From positions 1 to 20,239 of the IMG/VR virus record IMGVR_UViG_2657244986_000010: DNA of 20,239 bases; one strand, written 5' to 3'. The position numbers and the translations under genes are program-made. Every line of letters begins with the position of its first letter. Position 1 is the stretch's first letter. The DNA is from a virus (Duplodnaviria > Heunggongvirae > Uroviricota > Caudoviricetes). Positions 17,887 through 20,239 of the stretch are shown here, piece by piece. Under the pieces are notes generated by a model. It did not search any database and was not told the origin of the DNA. It saw nothing but the letters and a program-made list of their open reading frames with translations.

Positions 17887-19002
17887 GTGAGCAAAAACAG
17901 GTTGCATGGATTAGATGCGTGGAGAGGTGTTGCTGCGATAATGGTTGCAATTTACCATTTTAACGTTAATTCGTTTATGCATGAATTAACGATAGTTAAA
18001 AACTCATGGTTATTCGTTGAGTTTTTTTTCGTGCTAAGCGGATTTATCATGATGTATAATTATTCAGATAGAATTAATAATCGTGAGCAGCTACTTTCTT
18101 TTTTATTTAAGCGTTTTTCAAGGATTTGGCCTCTTCATATATTTGTTCTTTTTTTATTTGTGCCTGTAGCTATTGCTGGATATGTAATCGGTAATATTGA
18201 TCCGTCTCGTTTTTCTGTTGCATCATTTATAAGTAATGTATTTCTTATCCAATCGTTAGGTGTGAATGATGGCGTGACATGGAACTCTCCATCGTGGAGT
18301 ATTAGCTCAGAGTTTTTTGTTTACGTTGCGTTTGGCCTTATCACACTAACCTTTACTAAAGGGTGGTGTCGTTTTATTATTCCGTCTTTGATTTGCTTTG
18401 TTATTTTGACTAATTTTTCGAATATGGGTGATGCATACAAGCTGGCCTTCTTTAGGTGTGGTTATTCTTTTTTTATTGGGTGTGTAGTATATTATTTGTA
18501 TAAATCAAAATCATTAAAATCTGGTACATGGTTAGAAATCCTATCGGTGGTTGCTGTTGTATTAACAATGTCATTATTTTTAATCAAAGGTAATGATTTG
18601 ATTGCATATTGCATGCCTTTTTTATTCTGTGCCATTGTTTTCTCGTTTGCTCGCGGGGATGGTGTAATTAGTAAAGCAATGGGAAATAATCTTTTTATAA
18701 AGATGGGTGAGGTTTCTTACTCTATATATATGACGCATGCATTTGTTGCTATTTGTATAAAAAGCTTGTTGCTTTTATTTGGAAAGTTTATTAACCACAA
18801 TTTTTTGGTTAAAATTGGTAACGAAACGCAAGTTAATCTAGGGGGAGTTCTAGCGAATAACTTATTGGATATAGTATTTTTGGTATTGGTCATATCTTTT
18901 TCAATGTTGACATATCGATATGTTGAGTCGCCATGTCAAAGAATACTCAATGCATGGTATAAAAATAAAAAGATGGTTGAGACATCAAATTTGGTTATGT
19001 GA
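17887..19002 (+). CDS. Acyltransferase-3 family integral membrane protein (O-antigen acetyltransferase-like conversion gene)
   Basis: GTG start at 17887 with an AGGGGGA Shine-Dalgarno upstream. N-terminal LDAWRGVAAIMVAIYH and internal WSISSEFFVY motifs typical of acyltransferase_3, with multiple hydrophobic helices. Visibly AT-rich relative to the structural genes. Confidence 0.85.
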   Translation: MSKNRLHGLDAWRGVAAIMVAIYHFNVNSFMHELTIVKNSWLFVEFFFVLSGFIMMYNYSDRINNREQLLSFLFKRFSRIWPLHIFVLFLFVPVAIAGYVIGNIDPSRFSVASFISNVFLIQSLGVNDGVTWNSPSWSISSEFFVYVAFGLITLTFTKGWCRFIIPSLICFVILTNFSNMGDAYKLAFFRCGYSFFIGCVVYYLYKSKSLKSGTWLEILSVVAVVLTMSLFLIKGNDLIAYCMPFLFCAIVFSFARGDGVISKAMGNNLFIKMGEVSYSIYMTHAFVAICIKSLLLLFGKFINHNFLVKIGNETQVNLGGVLANNLLDIVFLVLVISFSMLTYRYVESPCQRILNAWYKNKKMVETSNLVM

Positions 19003-19018
19003 TTGGACTTTCTATACA

Positions 19019-19054
19019 AAGTCTTGCGCCAGATAGCAAGGCTTTGTGTTTTAC
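19019..19054 (+). terminator. Putative intrinsic terminator downstream of the acyltransferase gene
   Basis: AAAGTCTTGC / GCAAGGCTTT 10-bp stem (one G-U wobble) with an 8-nt loop, followed by GTGTTTTA, 17 nt after the acyltransferase stop. Confidence 0.45.
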
Positions 19055-19081
19055 GAATGATGAAGTTCACTCCTTACATAT

Positions 19082-20239
19082 TCAAGCATACTTTTCGTCA
19101 AGCCAATCTGCCCACCACTGCATCATTTCTCTGCGTTTATCGAGATACTGAGCATGGTTGTAAATCCCACGCACAGATCCGCCGTTGGCATGTGCCAGTT
19201 GCACTTCAATAGCATCAGCAGGCCATTCGTGCTCGTTCGTAATCGTGCTGAATTCATGCCTGAATCCGTGACCGCTTTCCAGACCTTCATAGCCGATTTG
19301 TTTGATCACAAGCAGTACAGCGTTCTCGCAAATTGGCTTCTTCTTATCGTTGCGCCCGGCAAAAACAAACTCTGATACTGGTTTGGTGATTGAGCTTAGC
19401 GTAGTGAGAAGTTCAACCACCTGGTCTGACATAGGAACCACATGAATTTTGCGTCCCTTCATCACACTGGCGTCGATGGTGATAATCCTGTTTTCAAAAT
19501 CGACGTTCTTCCATAGCATGGAACGAAGCTCTTTCGTTCTTAGGGCTGTGTAGCGTAAAACTTTGGTCGCAATGAGCGATACGATGCTTCCTGAAAATGT
19601 TGCCAGTGCTTTGTTGAATGCCGGGATCTGGTCTGCAGGAAGAAACGGGAAGTTCTTCTTGCGGTATCCCTTCATGGCGTCAGCAAGGTCAGGTGCCGGG
19701 TTATATTTAGCCCTGCCGGTGACAATAGCGTAACGGAAAACCTCGCCGCATCTTCTGCGTGCTTTGTTGGCTCGCTCCATTGCACCGCGATCTTCAAATC
19801 TGCGGATTACTTCCAGCAGTTGCATCGGCTCAATATCCTGAATCTCAAGACCGCCGATGATGGGTAAAATGTCGTCATCAAACATTTTGGCAAGTTCAGT
19901 TGCATAGCCTACTGACCAGACTTGCTTCTTGTGCTCGTACCATTCCTTGTAAATCGCACTAAATGAATTGTTGTTAGACGAAGCCTTTTTCGCCTTTACC
20001 GGATCGATGCCAACCGAGATGTCTTTCCTCGCAGTCCATGCCTTATCCCTTGCTTCCTGCAAAGTCATAAGCGGATATTTTCCGACGGTCAGGATTTTCT
20101 CCTTACCGTCAATCTTGTAGCGAAGCTGCCATACCTTTTTCCCGGATACAGGAACATAAAGGTACAGGCCATTACCATCGAGAAGGCGGTATGGTTTTTC
20201 TTTCGGCTTTGCTGCTTCAATCTGCTTAACGGTGAGCAT
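19082..20239 (-). CDS. int: Tyrosine recombinase / phage integrase (P4/P22-type with N-terminal arm-binding domain)
   Basis: 385 aa. N-terminal MLTVKQIEAAKP...YRLLDGNGLYLYV...WQLRY arm-type domain. C-terminal catalytic region with R, HGFRH and a Tyr in GIYNHAQY. Start codon is the reverse complement of the last 3 bases of the window. Confidence 0.92.
   Translation of the reverse strand: MLTVKQIEAAKPKEKPYRLLDGNGLYLYVPVSGKKVWQLRYKIDGKEKILTVGKYPLMTLQEARDKAWTARKDISVGIDPVKAKKASSNNNSFSAIYKEWYEHKKQVWSVGYATELAKMFDDDILPIIGGLEIQDIEPMQLLEVIRRFEDRGAMERANKARRRCGEVFRYAIVTGRAKYNPAPDLADAMKGYRKKNFPFLPADQIPAFNKALATFSGSIVSLIATKVLRYTALRTKELRSMLWKNVDFENRIITIDASVMKGRKIHVVPMSDQVVELLTTLSSITKPVSEFVFAGRNDKKKPICENAVLLVIKQIGYEGLESGHGFRHEFSTITNEHEWPADAIEVQLAHANGGSVRGIYNHAQYLDKRREMMQWWADWLDEKYA

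Noticed and set aside
19003-19100. tRNA gene or tRNA 3'-end fragment at the acyltransferase-int junction
   Set aside because: No GGTTCGAATCC-like T-arm or CCA-adjacent acceptor sequence on either strand. An att core may still be present but is not tRNA-like by eye.
19003-19375. Plus-strand ORFs 19003..19212 and 19154..19375
   Set aside because: They overlap the 3' part of the integrase gene in antisense; the integrase call is far better supported.
1-20239. CRISPR arrays, insertion-sequence terminal inverted repeats, toxin-antitoxin pairs or defence-system-like multi-gene cassettes
   Set aside because: No regularly spaced direct repeats, no transposase-like ORF, and all sizeable ORFs are accounted for by phage structural, conversion or integration functions.

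Overview
This window reads as the late (virion assembly) region of a P22-like temperate podophage, most similar in layout to the Sf6/HK620 group, from an enterobacterial host. Nearly everything is on the + strand as one tightly packed operon: a Gp49-like gene and a small unknown gene, small and large terminase, portal, scaffold, coat, a small unknown ORF, gp4-like, gp10-like, tail needle (gp26-like), and four ejection proteins (gp14/gp7/gp20/gp16-like), the last carrying an N-terminal lytic transglycosylase domain. This is followed by a minus-strand Mnt-like ribbon-helix-helix repressor, the tailspike, an AT-rich acyltransferase-3 (O-antigen acetylase-like) gene, and a minus-strand tyrosine integrase whose start codon is the last three bases of the window. 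I see no rRNA, tRNA, CRISPR array or insertion sequence. I also see no convincing defence or otherwise undescribed multi-gene system; the accessory cargo is confined to the Mnt-like gene, the variable tailspike receptor domain and the acyltransferase, all of which fit known lysogenic-conversion and immunity-I themes. All homology statements rest on my recall of protein families and motifs read from the translations, not on a database search.
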